Below, in pieces: positions 1 through 7,921 of a stretch of DNA of 64,000 bases. Every line of letters begins with the position of its first letter. Positions within the stretch are counted from its first letter, which is position 1. Source of the DNA: Bacteroidales bacterium. GTDB lineage: Bacteria > Bacteroidota > Bacteroidia > Bacteroidales > F082. The stretch spans positions 9,359 to 73,358 of the forward strand of contig JAZUST010000145.1 of assembly GCA_045606865.1 (NCBI GenBank), read 5' to 3'. The notes under the pieces are model-generated. The model had not been told where the DNA came from, did not search any database, and saw only the letters and a list, made by a program, of their open reading frames with translations. A program made the position numbers and the translations under genes.

Positions 1-51
1 GATAATTCGGTTATAACTGAAATTACACTTACAGTAATTGGTGCGTTTTAG
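1..51 (+). CDS. 3' end of an upstream ORF (partial)
   Basis: The frame is open from the window edge (...ITEITLTVIGAF) to TAG 49-51, and the next gene's SD follows directly. Too short to assign. Confidence 0.3.
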   Translation, partial: DNSVITEITLTVIGAF

Positions 52-64
52 GAGGTGTTGGTAG

Positions 65-562
65 ATGGCTAAAGGAAAAGTATTATATGATATTGGCTCT
101 TGTAAGCAAGAGTTATTTTCATCGTTTATCAATGATCCTGAAATATGTGAATTGCTTTTTAATAAAAAACCATACACAGATGACGACAGAGAAAAGTTGT
201 TCTATTCTCAAATATTCCCGTATTTGTATGTGGGAGATGAAGAAAATCAAACTCAGACTGAAACACTTACATATTTATGTTATGAAGTAAATGTGCCGAA
301 ATTTCCTACGAGTACAGTTAAAGATATGAAGATTATAGTGTGGGCATACTGCCACAAGGATATCATGAAGTATTCTAAAAAGGGTTACTATGGTACGAGA
401 GCCGATATTCTTGCCGATATGGTTGAACGAAAATTAAGGGGTTCTTATGATTTAGGTATTGGTAAGCCTGAACTTGTTTCTGTTGAACACTTCTTCCCTA
501 ATAATAAATATTACGGCAGGGTGTTGGTTTACAATGTGCCGGAATTTAAGGTTAAGGGGTAG
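65..562 (+). CDS. virion-module protein, function unassigned (position suggests head-tail or tail-completion type)
   Basis: ATG preceded by an AGGAGGTG SD. 165 aa. First complete gene of the co-oriented structural arm. No family motif recognised with certainty. Confidence 0.8.
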   Translation: MAKGKVLYDIGSCKQELFSSFINDPEICELLFNKKPYTDDDREKLFYSQIFPYLYVGDEENQTQTETLTYLCYEVNVPKFPTSTVKDMKIIVWAYCHKDIMKYSKKGYYGTRADILADMVERKLRGSYDLGIGKPELVSVEHFFPNNKYYGRVLVYNVPEFKVKG

Positions 563-1339
563 GTGAAAATATTGTCTACTCCCTACTCTGCTTTTGATTA
601 TTTGTGTGATGAACCTTATTTTGTTCAAGGTATTGGATATTTGAAGTGTCCGACTTTGTTAGAAATGCGAAAGGTTACATATAATCTTTTTCTCTACTAT
701 GTAAATATATTATCTTGTACTCACGAGGATTATTTAAAGATGCACAATTTACAAGAGAAATATAATGAACTTTCGGACGCAGATAAGGAAAAAAATACAT
801 TATTTTTTCTGCTATTATATGGCAATGCAAGTTTGCTTTTTAGTATGTTGTCCACCTTTATTGTTGATAAAGTCGTTTTTGATAACAAAACCTTGACTTT
901 TAACATATTTAAGGGCGATGATGACAACAAAAAGCAAATTGGGCATATAGGCAACGACAATTTTGAGGAGTTTAGAGAACAAATGCAATATATCTTAGGC
1001 ACAAGACCTGCCGAAGAAAAAGAGCAAAAGTTCAAAAATAAACTTGCTCAAAAGATGTTTGATAAGTTACAAAAACATGCAAAAGAACAGAAAAAGAGTT
1101 CAGACGAAAATTATAGTTTTGATAATATGATAAAAAAGTATTGTACTCATAATAAGGTTGGAATTAACATCTTAAACGTGTGGGATATGACTTATTATCA
1201 ATTTATGCAAATGTTTAATGAGTATTGTAACGGCAGACAGTGTGATTTTAACGACATGATGGCTGCTAACACATTCTCTTATAAGAAATCTACGGACTAC
1301 AAGCCGTTGGATTATATGAAAAAACTGAAAATTAATTAA
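563..1339 (+). CDS. hypothetical virion-module protein
   Basis: 258-aa ORF abutting the previous TAG in the same frame. Start is GTG 563 or TTG 572 (AGGTGA 5 nt upstream). Lys/Asp-rich C-terminal half. TAA stop. Confidence 0.7.
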   Translation: MKILSTPYSAFDYLCDEPYFVQGIGYLKCPTLLEMRKVTYNLFLYYVNILSCTHEDYLKMHNLQEKYNELSDADKEKNTLFFLLLYGNASLLFSMLSTFIVDKVVFDNKTLTFNIFKGDDDNKKQIGHIGNDNFEEFREQMQYILGTRPAEEKEQKFKNKLAQKMFDKLQKHAKEQKKSSDENYSFDNMIKKYCTHNKVGINILNVWDMTYYQFMQMFNEYCNGRQCDFNDMMAANTFSYKKSTDYKPLDYMKKLKIN

Positions 1340-1343
1340 TGAG

Positions 1344-1375
1344 ACTACTGTATTTGCAGTAGTTGTTTTTATTTT
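1344..1375 (+). terminator. intrinsic terminator
   Basis: Stem ACTACTG/CAGTAGT (1344-1350 / 1357-1363) followed by TTGTTTTTATTTT. Confidence 0.7.
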
Positions 1376-1392
1376 ATAAGGAGGATTTTAAT

Positions 1393-2106
1393 ATGAGCGA
1401 TATGAATATGGCGAACAGACAGTGTTGTGACCTTGATATCAGAAACTATGCTGATAAATCACCTTTCTTATATGCTGACTTCTGTAATACAACAACAGCA
1501 GGATTTTCATCTGATGCTGTATATGCTATGAAGAAAGGTGCAAAATGCATTAAGTTTGACAACCCTCTTGATTCTACTATGACAATGGAATTTCAGGTAC
1601 ATCCGTTTAAGATATATTCTTTCCTTAGTGATGGTGTTATCGAGACAAATGCTATTGTTTCACAGAAAGAAGAAATAACAGCTACAGAGGCTGGCAAACT
1701 TACCATTGAAGGCACACCTGATGCAAATAGTGTGTTTGTAATGGATATGGATGGCAATATCCTTGAAGGTGCAACTGTATCTGCAAAGGTTGTCACTTGT
1801 ACAGGTGTAAAAGCAAATACTACATATAAAGTGTGCTATCTTGAAACAAAGACAAGTGGTGTTAAGAAAGTGTCTTTCAATAATAAGAAGATTCCTAAAT
1901 ACTTCTGGATTCAGATGTCTACTCTTGATAAAGCAGAAGACGGCACTCTTGTTCCTGTGAGAGTTACTGCTTACAAGGCAACACCACAGAGAAATCTTGA
2001 ACTTTCATTCTCTTCTGAAGGCGACCCAGCTTCTATCACGCTTACTATCGATTGTCTTGAAGACAAGGATGGTAACGTTCTCGATATAGTTGAAATCGTA
2101 GAATAA
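1393..2106 (+). CDS. candidate major tail protein (by position only)
   Basis: ATG with AAGGAGG 7 nt upstream; the track start at 1363 lies inside the upstream terminator. 237 aa. Bracketed by hairpin terminators, as expected for an abundant structural protein. Confidence 0.8.
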   Translation: MSDMNMANRQCCDLDIRNYADKSPFLYADFCNTTTAGFSSDAVYAMKKGAKCIKFDNPLDSTMTMEFQVHPFKIYSFLSDGVIETNAIVSQKEEITATEAGKLTIEGTPDANSVFVMDMDGNILEGATVSAKVVTCTGVKANTTYKVCYLETKTSGVKKVSFNNKKIPKYFWIQMSTLDKAEDGTLVPVRVTAYKATPQRNLELSFSSEGDPASITLTIDCLEDKDGNVLDIVEIVE

Positions 2107-2119
2107 AAGACTGATAATA

Positions 2120-2146
2120 AAGAGGGCTGGAATATGCCCTCTTTCT
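2120..2146 (+). terminator. probable intrinsic terminator
   Basis: Stem AGAGGGC/GCCCTCT with an 8-nt loop, followed by TTTCT (weak U-tract). Confidence 0.5.
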
Positions 2147-2167
2147 AACGTCAGTTTGGAGGTTAAT

Positions 2168-2452
2168 ATGATTAAAGAATGTAAAATTACAATTCAAAAC
2201 AGTTTTTCTTCAGTCGTTATGTTTGATGATATTGAAGTTCAAGTGCCTACTAGTTTTGTTGTTGACGGAAGGGCATTTGTTAAATATGAAAATGGAGTTT
2301 ATTCAGTTTTAAATAAAGAAGATTATGAAAAATCTTTAAAAACAAAGGTTGATAAAAAGTCTAAAAAAGTTAAAGCAACAGAGACGGATTTAGTTGACGA
2401 AGTTGTTGAATCGGAGGCTGTCAAAAATGAGACAGATGAAATATCCGAGTAA
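2168..2452 (+). CDS. hypothetical protein, acidic C-terminus
   Basis: ATG 5 nt after a TGGAGG SD. 94 aa. TAA stop. No motif recognised. Confidence 0.75.
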   Translation: MIKECKITIQNSFSSVVMFDDIEVQVPTSFVVDGRAFVKYENGVYSVLNKEDYEKSLKTKVDKKSKKVKATETDLVDEVVESEAVKNETDEISE

Positions 2453-2480
2453 TATTATTGTAGTTAATTTGAAAGTTATA

Positions 2481-2524
2481 TAGGGTAATTAACTGCAATA
2501 CTGTGGTCGATTACCCTATTTTTT
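2481..2524 (+). terminator. intrinsic terminator
   Basis: 9-bp stem TAGGGTAAT/ATTACCCTA (2481-2489 / 2510-2518) followed by TTTTTT. The 3' half plus tail (TACCCTATTTTTTACGAT) recurs at 23596-23613. Confidence 0.7.
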
Positions 2525-2598
2525 ACGATATAGATAAAATTATTAAGTTTATATGAAAGGTGTGAAAACCTATTAAGATTTTTAGTAGTTTACAAGAA

Positions 2599-2793
2599 GT
2601 GTTTGATTGTTACGGGGAAGAAAATATTGTTCCAATTACCAATCTTGCACAGATAATATTCTATACTTCAAAATGGAGAGTTCAGCCCAAATACACTTGT
2701 GAAAGCGATAGAAATCCGGGTCATATAGTGTGTTATTTTCATAAAGGAGAAACTAAAAAACCATATGAAGAATGGATGAATAATAGAAAATAA
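2599..2793 (+). CDS. small protein, DUF5659-like (tentative)
   Basis: GTG start without a clear SD. The ...IVCYFHKGETKKPYEEW... end resembles small phage DUF5659-type proteins. The upstream frame contains two TGA codons (2554, 2563). Confidence 0.45.
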   Translation: MFDCYGEENIVPITNLAQIIFYTSKWRVQPKYTCESDRNPGHIVCYFHKGETKKPYEEWMNNRK

Positions 2794-2806
2794 TTGGAGG
2801 TTAACT

Positions 2807-3061
2807 ATGGAATTTTTAAATGAATTTATGGCGCCAGTTGTACTCGGTATTTGTTTAGTAATTGGTTGGATAGTTAAAAAGTGGATTGCCGATATTGACA
2901 ATAAATACATACCTACTATCGTTACAATTCTTGGTGCTGTACTTGCAGTATGGTTTAATGGTTGGGTTGTAACGCCTGAGATTATTTTAAGTGGTCTTAT
3001 TACAGGTGCCGCTTCAACAGGTATGCATCAGCTTTTCACTCAGTTTATTGAGAAAAACTAA
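2807..3061 (+). CDS. holin (Hol44 / phage_holin_5-like)
   Basis: TTGGAGG SD. 84 aa with two or three hydrophobic helices (VVLGICLVIGWIV, IVTILGAVLAVWF) and the typical ...GLITGAASTGMHQLFTQ... end. Confidence 0.8.
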   Translation: MEFLNEFMAPVVLGICLVIGWIVKKWIADIDNKYIPTIVTILGAVLAVWFNGWVVTPEIILSGLITGAASTGMHQLFTQFIEKN

Positions 3062-3082
3062 TGAAGGGTCGGGTGTGTATGA

Positions 3083-3598
3083 ATGGAAGCGATAAGAGAA
3101 TTACTTAAACTTGATTTTACCGCCGTCATTCTTACAGTGTTTATTATAATGTCCGGGATAATTGCAATGTATAGTATAATTGGTAAGTTTTCTGAAATAA
3201 TTGGGAAGCCTGTCAAATGGGTTAAACAGAGGCAATTAGACCATGATTTATTGGAGAAAAACAAGAAAGATATAAAAGACTTAAAAGATAAACACGAAGC
3301 CGATACTAAAAAATACGAGGCAAGTCATCAAGAATTGATTGATGATGTGAAAAACCTTACAAGTATTTTCGTAGAAAAGGAAATCGAAGACATGCGCTGG
3401 GAGATATTAAATTTCTGTTCTGCGTTGTCTAATGGGCGAAAATATAACAGAGAAGCTTACGCTCATGTATTTTCGACATACGAGAGATACGAGAAAATTC
3501 TTGAGGAAAACGGCAAAGAAAACGGACTTGTTGAAGAAAGCATGGCTTTTATAAGAAATCAATATCAGAAAGATTTGGAAAATGGTACGGTAAAGTGA
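3083..3598 (+). CDS. membrane-anchored coiled-coil protein
   Basis: N-terminal TM helix (AVILTVFIIMSGIIAMYSII) followed by a Lys/Glu-rich region. Ends TGA CCA TAA. Confidence 0.75.
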   Translation: MEAIRELLKLDFTAVILTVFIIMSGIIAMYSIIGKFSEIIGKPVKWVKQRQLDHDLLEKNKKDIKDLKDKHEADTKKYEASHQELIDDVKNLTSIFVEKEIEDMRWEILNFCSALSNGRKYNREAYAHVFSTYERYEKILEENGKENGLVEESMAFIRNQYQKDLENGTVK

Positions 3599-3620
3599 CC
3601 ATAAAATATAGGTTTTAAGG

Positions 3621-3659
3621 AGAGGGTGTTAATTTAGGTTAGCATCCTCTTCTTCTATT
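3621..3659 (+). terminator. probable intrinsic terminator
   Basis: Stem AGAGGGTG/CATCCTCT (one G-U pair) followed by TCTTCTATT. Confidence 0.45.
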
Positions 3660-3667
3660 ATTGTGAG

Positions 3668-4174
3668 GTGTTAAATATAGCACAAAAATGTAAATTACTT
3701 GCTCTTGATACCTCGTCAAGTAAGACGGGTTGGGCAATGTTTGAGAATGCAAAATATAAGAAATCGGGCGTTATAAACTTTGATACAAATGAGTGTAAAA
3801 AAAAATATAAAGGTAATTCAGAGCAACGCCTTGAAGATATGTGTTTGGCTATTATCAATCTATTAAGAGAGTATAAGCCGGACATTATCGTAATTGAAAA
3901 ATTGAACGTCGGCAGGAATATGGTTGCCGTAAGACATCTCGCTAAAGTGATTGGCGTAGTATACTGCTATTCCATTTTAAACAACTGTTTTTATTATGAG
4001 ATACAGGCAAGCCAATGGCGTAGTCAGATTGGAATACAGGCAAAGAATAGAAAACGTGAAGAGTTCAAACAATTAGCTATTGAATACGTAAAAAATACCC
4101 TCGGCATGTATGTAACGGATGATGAAGCTGATAGTATTTGTGCGGGGATTGGATATATAAAAATGTTTACATAG
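3668..4174 (+). CDS. RuvC-like Holliday-junction resolvase (phage/lactococcal type)
   Basis: ...LLALDTSSSKTGWAMF... (catalytic Asp), ...IIVIEKLNVGRN..., ...TDDEADSICAGIGY... match the RuvC-fold acidic tetrad layout. The start codon is uncertain (GTG 3668). Confidence 0.8.
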   Translation: MLNIAQKCKLLALDTSSSKTGWAMFENAKYKKSGVINFDTNECKKKYKGNSEQRLEDMCLAIINLLREYKPDIIVIEKLNVGRNMVAVRHLAKVIGVVYCYSILNNCFYYEIQASQWRSQIGIQAKNRKREEFKQLAIEYVKNTLGMYVTDDEADSICAGIGYIKMFT

Positions 4175-4192
4175 AAAGAGGGTGTATCAAAA

Positions 4193-4747
4193 TTGGTTTT
4201 AAAAATGTCAAAAGACAAAACCTTAGTGATTACAAAGTCAGGCACTACATATAAAAATGAGCACAACGCCGAGACAATAAAAATTATCATGCCAAAACAA
4301 ATTGACAACAAAGACTTAAGGCAGTGTTCAATTTGGCTGAGTTTTATGAATGAAGAAAAACTTGGCAAAGCAATTGATGTGTCTGAGTTTTTAACAGACT
4401 ACTCCTCTACTTACTACTATATTGAAATACCAATGGATAACATTTTTACCTATGTTGCTGGTAAGATTCAAATATGGTTAAAGTTGTTGGATAGTCAAAC
4501 TGAAATGGTTGATTTCACCAATTATGTTACTCACTATATCCACAAGCATCCTGACGAAGAACTTGAGGGCGAAATAACTGAGCAGGAACGGTCTGTATTA
4601 GAAAGTCTGACATTTAAACTTGATGCAACCTCTATTCAGTTAGGTGAAGTAACCGCTAAGGTTGAGGATATTGATGAATATGTAAGCGAGTTACAAGAGG
4701 GCGAAGTATTATTAGTACAGCATAGCAATGATGAAAACGAAGAATAA
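4193..4747 (+). CDS. hypothetical protein
   Basis: TTG 4193 (AGAGGGTG SD 8 nt upstream) or ATG 4205. 184 aa with an acidic C-terminus. TAA stop. Confidence 0.7.
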   Translation: MVLKMSKDKTLVITKSGTTYKNEHNAETIKIIMPKQIDNKDLRQCSIWLSFMNEEKLGKAIDVSEFLTDYSSTYYYIEIPMDNIFTYVAGKIQIWLKLLDSQTEMVDFTNYVTHYIHKHPDEELEGEITEQERSVLESLTFKLDATSIQLGEVTAKVEDIDEYVSELQEGEVLLVQHSNDENEE

Positions 4748-4827
4748 ACTGGTTGAAATGCCAGTTTTATCTGGATTTTAAAAAACTTTAATAATAAAAA
4801 TATAAAGCAGAAATGAGGATTTAATTT

Positions 4828-5064
4828 ATGATTAATTATTTTAGAATGAAAATGGCAGAATGGAAAGTTAAAGGTCTGTTCTATGGTACGATTGCTTCTT
4901 TTGTAGATAACAAGTCTGGCAGACTACAGACAATTTTGAATTTGATTGATTCTGTTAAAGGATTGACAGGAGAAGAACTGAGAACAGAATTTATTTCTGG
5001 TCTTGCAGGAATTATACACGATGAGGCTGAATTGGCTCGTCAGAATGAGACCAATGAAGAGTAA
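4828..5064 (+). CDS. hypothetical protein
   Basis: ATG after a GAGGA SD. 78 aa. TAA stop. Confidence 0.65.
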   Translation: MINYFRMKMAEWKVKGLFYGTIASFVDNKSGRLQTILNLIDSVKGLTGEELRTEFISGLAGIIHDEAELARQNETNEE

Positions 5065-5102
5065 TGAAATGTCTCTTTTATAGTGAAAATTGAGGTGATT
5101 TG

Positions 5103-5528
5103 ATGGCGAGAACATTTTCAACAGTTGTCGAGTTACAAAAACATATGGAATCTGCTTGTCGTAAAGCCGTAGAAAATGCTTGTAATAGGCTTCTCGGACG
5201 ATTACAGGAAATACTTGATGAAGAATACTATGATGTTTTTGAGCCTGAGCGTTATAAACGTACTATGTCTTTCTGGAGGTCGGCTACGACAAAAATGTTA
5301 GATAATACTTGCGGTCAAGTATTTATGAATCCCGATGTTATGCATTATAAAGCAGGTTGGTCAGGTAAAGCACAGATTGAGTCAGCCGCCAAAGGTTTAC
5401 ATGGTGGTTGGGATTATGAAGGTGTTAGCGACCATAAATATTGGGAAGTTTTTATAGCATACTGTGAAAAAAATGCACTAAAAATACTCAAAGAGGAATT
5501 AAGGGCGCAAGGGATTCCGATTAAATAG
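5103..5528 (+). CDS. hypothetical virion protein (weak HK97-gp10-like resemblance)
   Basis: ATG 4-5 nt after a GAGGTGA SD. ...YDVFEPERYKRTMSFWRS... resembles the Y..P..Y.RTG.L motif of gp10-type tail-completion proteins. Confidence 0.7.
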   Translation: MARTFSTVVELQKHMESACRKAVENACNRLLGRLQEILDEEYYDVFEPERYKRTMSFWRSATTKMLDNTCGQVFMNPDVMHYKAGWSGKAQIESAAKGLHGGWDYEGVSDHKYWEVFIAYCEKNALKILKEELRAQGIPIK

Positions 5529-5552
5529 AGAATAATATATCGAGGTGATATT

Positions 5553-5738
5553 GTGACGAAAAAGCAAGAGAAAGAATTGGAAAATAAAATCAAAGTTATT
5601 ATTGATGAACAGCGTATACAAGGTATAAAAGCTGGAGCAAAAGGAATTTTGGGCGCTGTCTTAAAAATGTGTAATGATGGCAAGACAGTTGCGGATATAA
5701 AAGAGTTTTGTGAAAAAAGTCTTGGCGCTACGAAATAA
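5553..5738 (+). CDS. hypothetical small protein
   Basis: GTG start after a GAGGTGA SD. 61 aa. TAA stop. Followed by a strong terminator. Confidence 0.6.
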   Translation: MTKKQEKELENKIKVIIDEQRIQGIKAGAKGILGAVLKMCNDGKTVADIKEFCEKSLGATK

Positions 5739-5774
5739 TTTCCCCGTTTATAAATCTTAATATGAAACTACCTA

Positions 5775-5803
5775 CTCCCTTTTTCTAATGGGAGGTTTTT
5801 TTT
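5775..5803 (+). terminator. intrinsic terminator
   Basis: CTCCC/GGGAG stem with a 10-nt loop, followed by TTTTTTTT. Confidence 0.7.
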
Positions 5804-5837
5804 ATACAAATTTTTAGAAAAGGAGGAGAATAATTAT

Positions 5838-7271
5838 ATGGATGATTTTATAGTCAAACTGATTGCGCGGTTAGATGCGAGCAAAACAAAGACCGATTTA
5901 AAAAGTATCGAATCTGACCTTAATGCGAGAGGAATAAACTTAAAAGCAAGTTTAGATACTGCTACCACAAAACAAGAATTAAAAAATTTAGCATCTCAGT
6001 TACAACAAATCCTTAAATCACAAGGTTTGGATATCGGAACCGACAAAATACTCGCAGGAATAAATCAAGTAAAACGAGAAGCGGCGAGTATGAAGAAAGT
6101 TCTTAGTGAAACAGATAAAGTTTCGGCTTTGACGAAGTTTCAAAATTATATGACTAAGAACACCAATATAACAAAGGCTGCAAAAAATCAAATTTTTGAG
6201 TGGATAAGAACGATAGAGAGTGCTGACGAATTAACTCGTGATGACTTAAACAATATTAACGCCCAGTTTAAGCAATTAGATACCAATATGCGAATGTCTG
6301 GTAGATTAGGTTTATCGTTTGGTGATTCGATTAAGAAAGGTATTGCTTCTTTCTCTGCTTGGCTTCCGGCAACAACAATTGTAATGGGCACTATCAATAC
6401 CATCAAGACAGGGATTAGGGATGTAAGAGAATTTGATGATTCTTTGCTTGAACTTTCTAAGGTCTCTGATTTATCAGCAGATGGACTTGCAAGAGTAACC
6501 GATGAGGCATATAAACTTGGTGATCGTGTTGGTAGAACAGGAAGGCAAGTTGTTGATGCGGTTACAGAATTTAAGCGTGCTGGGTTTGAATTAAATGACA
6601 GTATGGACATGGCTGAGTCTGCATTAGTTATGACTAATGTTGCTGAAGGTATTGATGATACAGCGGATGCTGCTGGAACTCTTATCTCTGTACTTAAGGG
6701 TTATAATATGGCTGAATCTGAGACAATGAACATTGTTGATAAGATTAACCAAGTATCAAATACAAGCCCTATTGGATTTGACCAAATTGCCGAAGGTCTT
6801 GAAAGAACTGCTGGCACAATGGCTCAAAGTGGTACGACGATTGACGAAACAATTGGTTTGATTACCGCCGGTTATGCACAACTTCGTAACGTTGAGAAAG
6901 TTTCTACTTCGCTCATCACACTGTCTGCAAGACTTCGTGGCGTTGATGAGGATGGTAATAAGATAGATGGCTTATCAGCAGAACTCCAAGATAGTTTTGG
7001 TAAGATTGGCGTTGCTATTGAAGACGCTGACGGTAATTTGAGAAGTATTTATGCCATTGCAAAAGATTATGCCGAAGTGCTTCCTACCCTATCAAGTAAG
7101 CAGAAGCAGTATTACGCCGAGCTTGCTGCTGGTAAACGTAATGTAACCACTTGGAACGCTATTACCCAACAGTTTCAAGATGCTGAACATGCCGTTGCAC
7201 AGTCATTAAATTCGGTTGGTAGTGCGGCTGAAGAAAATGAAAAATACTTAAAAAGTGTAAGTGGTAGAGTT
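5838..7271 (+). CDS. tail tape-measure protein, coding segment 1 of 3 (3' boundary approximate, about +/-10 nt)
   Basis: AAGGAGGAG SD. TP901-type TMP core (...SLLELSKVSDLSADGLARVTDEAYKLG..., ...VTEFKRAGF..., ...GFDQIAEGLERTAGTMAQSG...). TMP-like sequence ends at ...ENEKYLKSVSGR(V). The remaining 26 codons to the TAG at 7347 lie in intron RNA. Confidence 0.85.
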
Positions 7272-7650
7272 TACCACGTTATGCAGAAATGTATAACAAG
7301 AATGAATTTAATTGCAGGTAATCCCTTAGAGCCTTGCACCACAATATAGGAGAAATCACTATATGATGGTTTTAAAACGTAAGGATTGGGTGTTCGTGCA
7401 GCCAAGTACCCTAACGTATCCCGTAAAACATACGGTGTTTAGTCGAGGGTAAAGGTTCAACGACTAGATTCACGTCGAGTTGTAGACAAGAGAATAAGGG
7501 TGGAAATCCCGAATATCTACAACAACAATCGTAGGGCGCAATCGCAAATGGCGTGGGTGAAAATCCCTTAAATCGAAAAGGTCACTCTTAACACGTAATG
7601 GTGAAGATGAAGAAATAGTCTAAACTCTATTGAAAGGTAGAGATGTTGTT
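7272..7650 (+). ncRNA. group I ribozyme core of intron 1
   Basis: Dense, comparatively G+C-rich non-coding stretch with the R/S elements and several hairpins. No SD-led ORF. Confidence 0.65.
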
Positions 7651-7706
7651 GATTATATGAGGAATTGATTACTCCTCGCTTATTATTTATAAAAGGAATG
7701 AAATAA

Positions 7707-7895
7707 TTGAATAACAAGTATAAGTGTGAATCTGTACGCTTGTGCAGATTTTTATACTCGCTTGGTTTTGATAAAGAATCAAAACTTGATGAAAACAAAA
7801 AAGAATATTGGTTATTTGAAAGAAGTCCTGACTTACAAAAGTCTTTGGATTTCTTTTTTATTATGAGAAAGAAAAAAGAGAGAATATATAAATAG
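7707..7895 (+). CDS. small intron-borne ORF, DUF5659-like (tentative)
   Basis: TTG start after AAAGGAA. ...CRFLYSLGFDKES...KKEYWLFERSPDLQKSLDFF... resembles the 2599..2793 product type. Confidence 0.4.
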   Translation: MNNKYKCESVRLCRFLYSLGFDKESKLDENKKEYWLFERSPDLQKSLDFFFIMRKKKERIYK

Positions 7896-7921
7896 GTGTA
7901 TTTCAAGGAGCGAATGATTGT

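Noticed and set aside
7272-7349. The last 26 codons of track ORF 5838..7349 (...YHVMQKCITRMNLIAGNPLEPCTTI) as a genuine tape-measure C-terminus.
   Set aside because: The sequence loses all TMP character exactly where structured intron RNA begins, and TMP-like coding resumes downstream. It is read here as intron sequence translated by accident.
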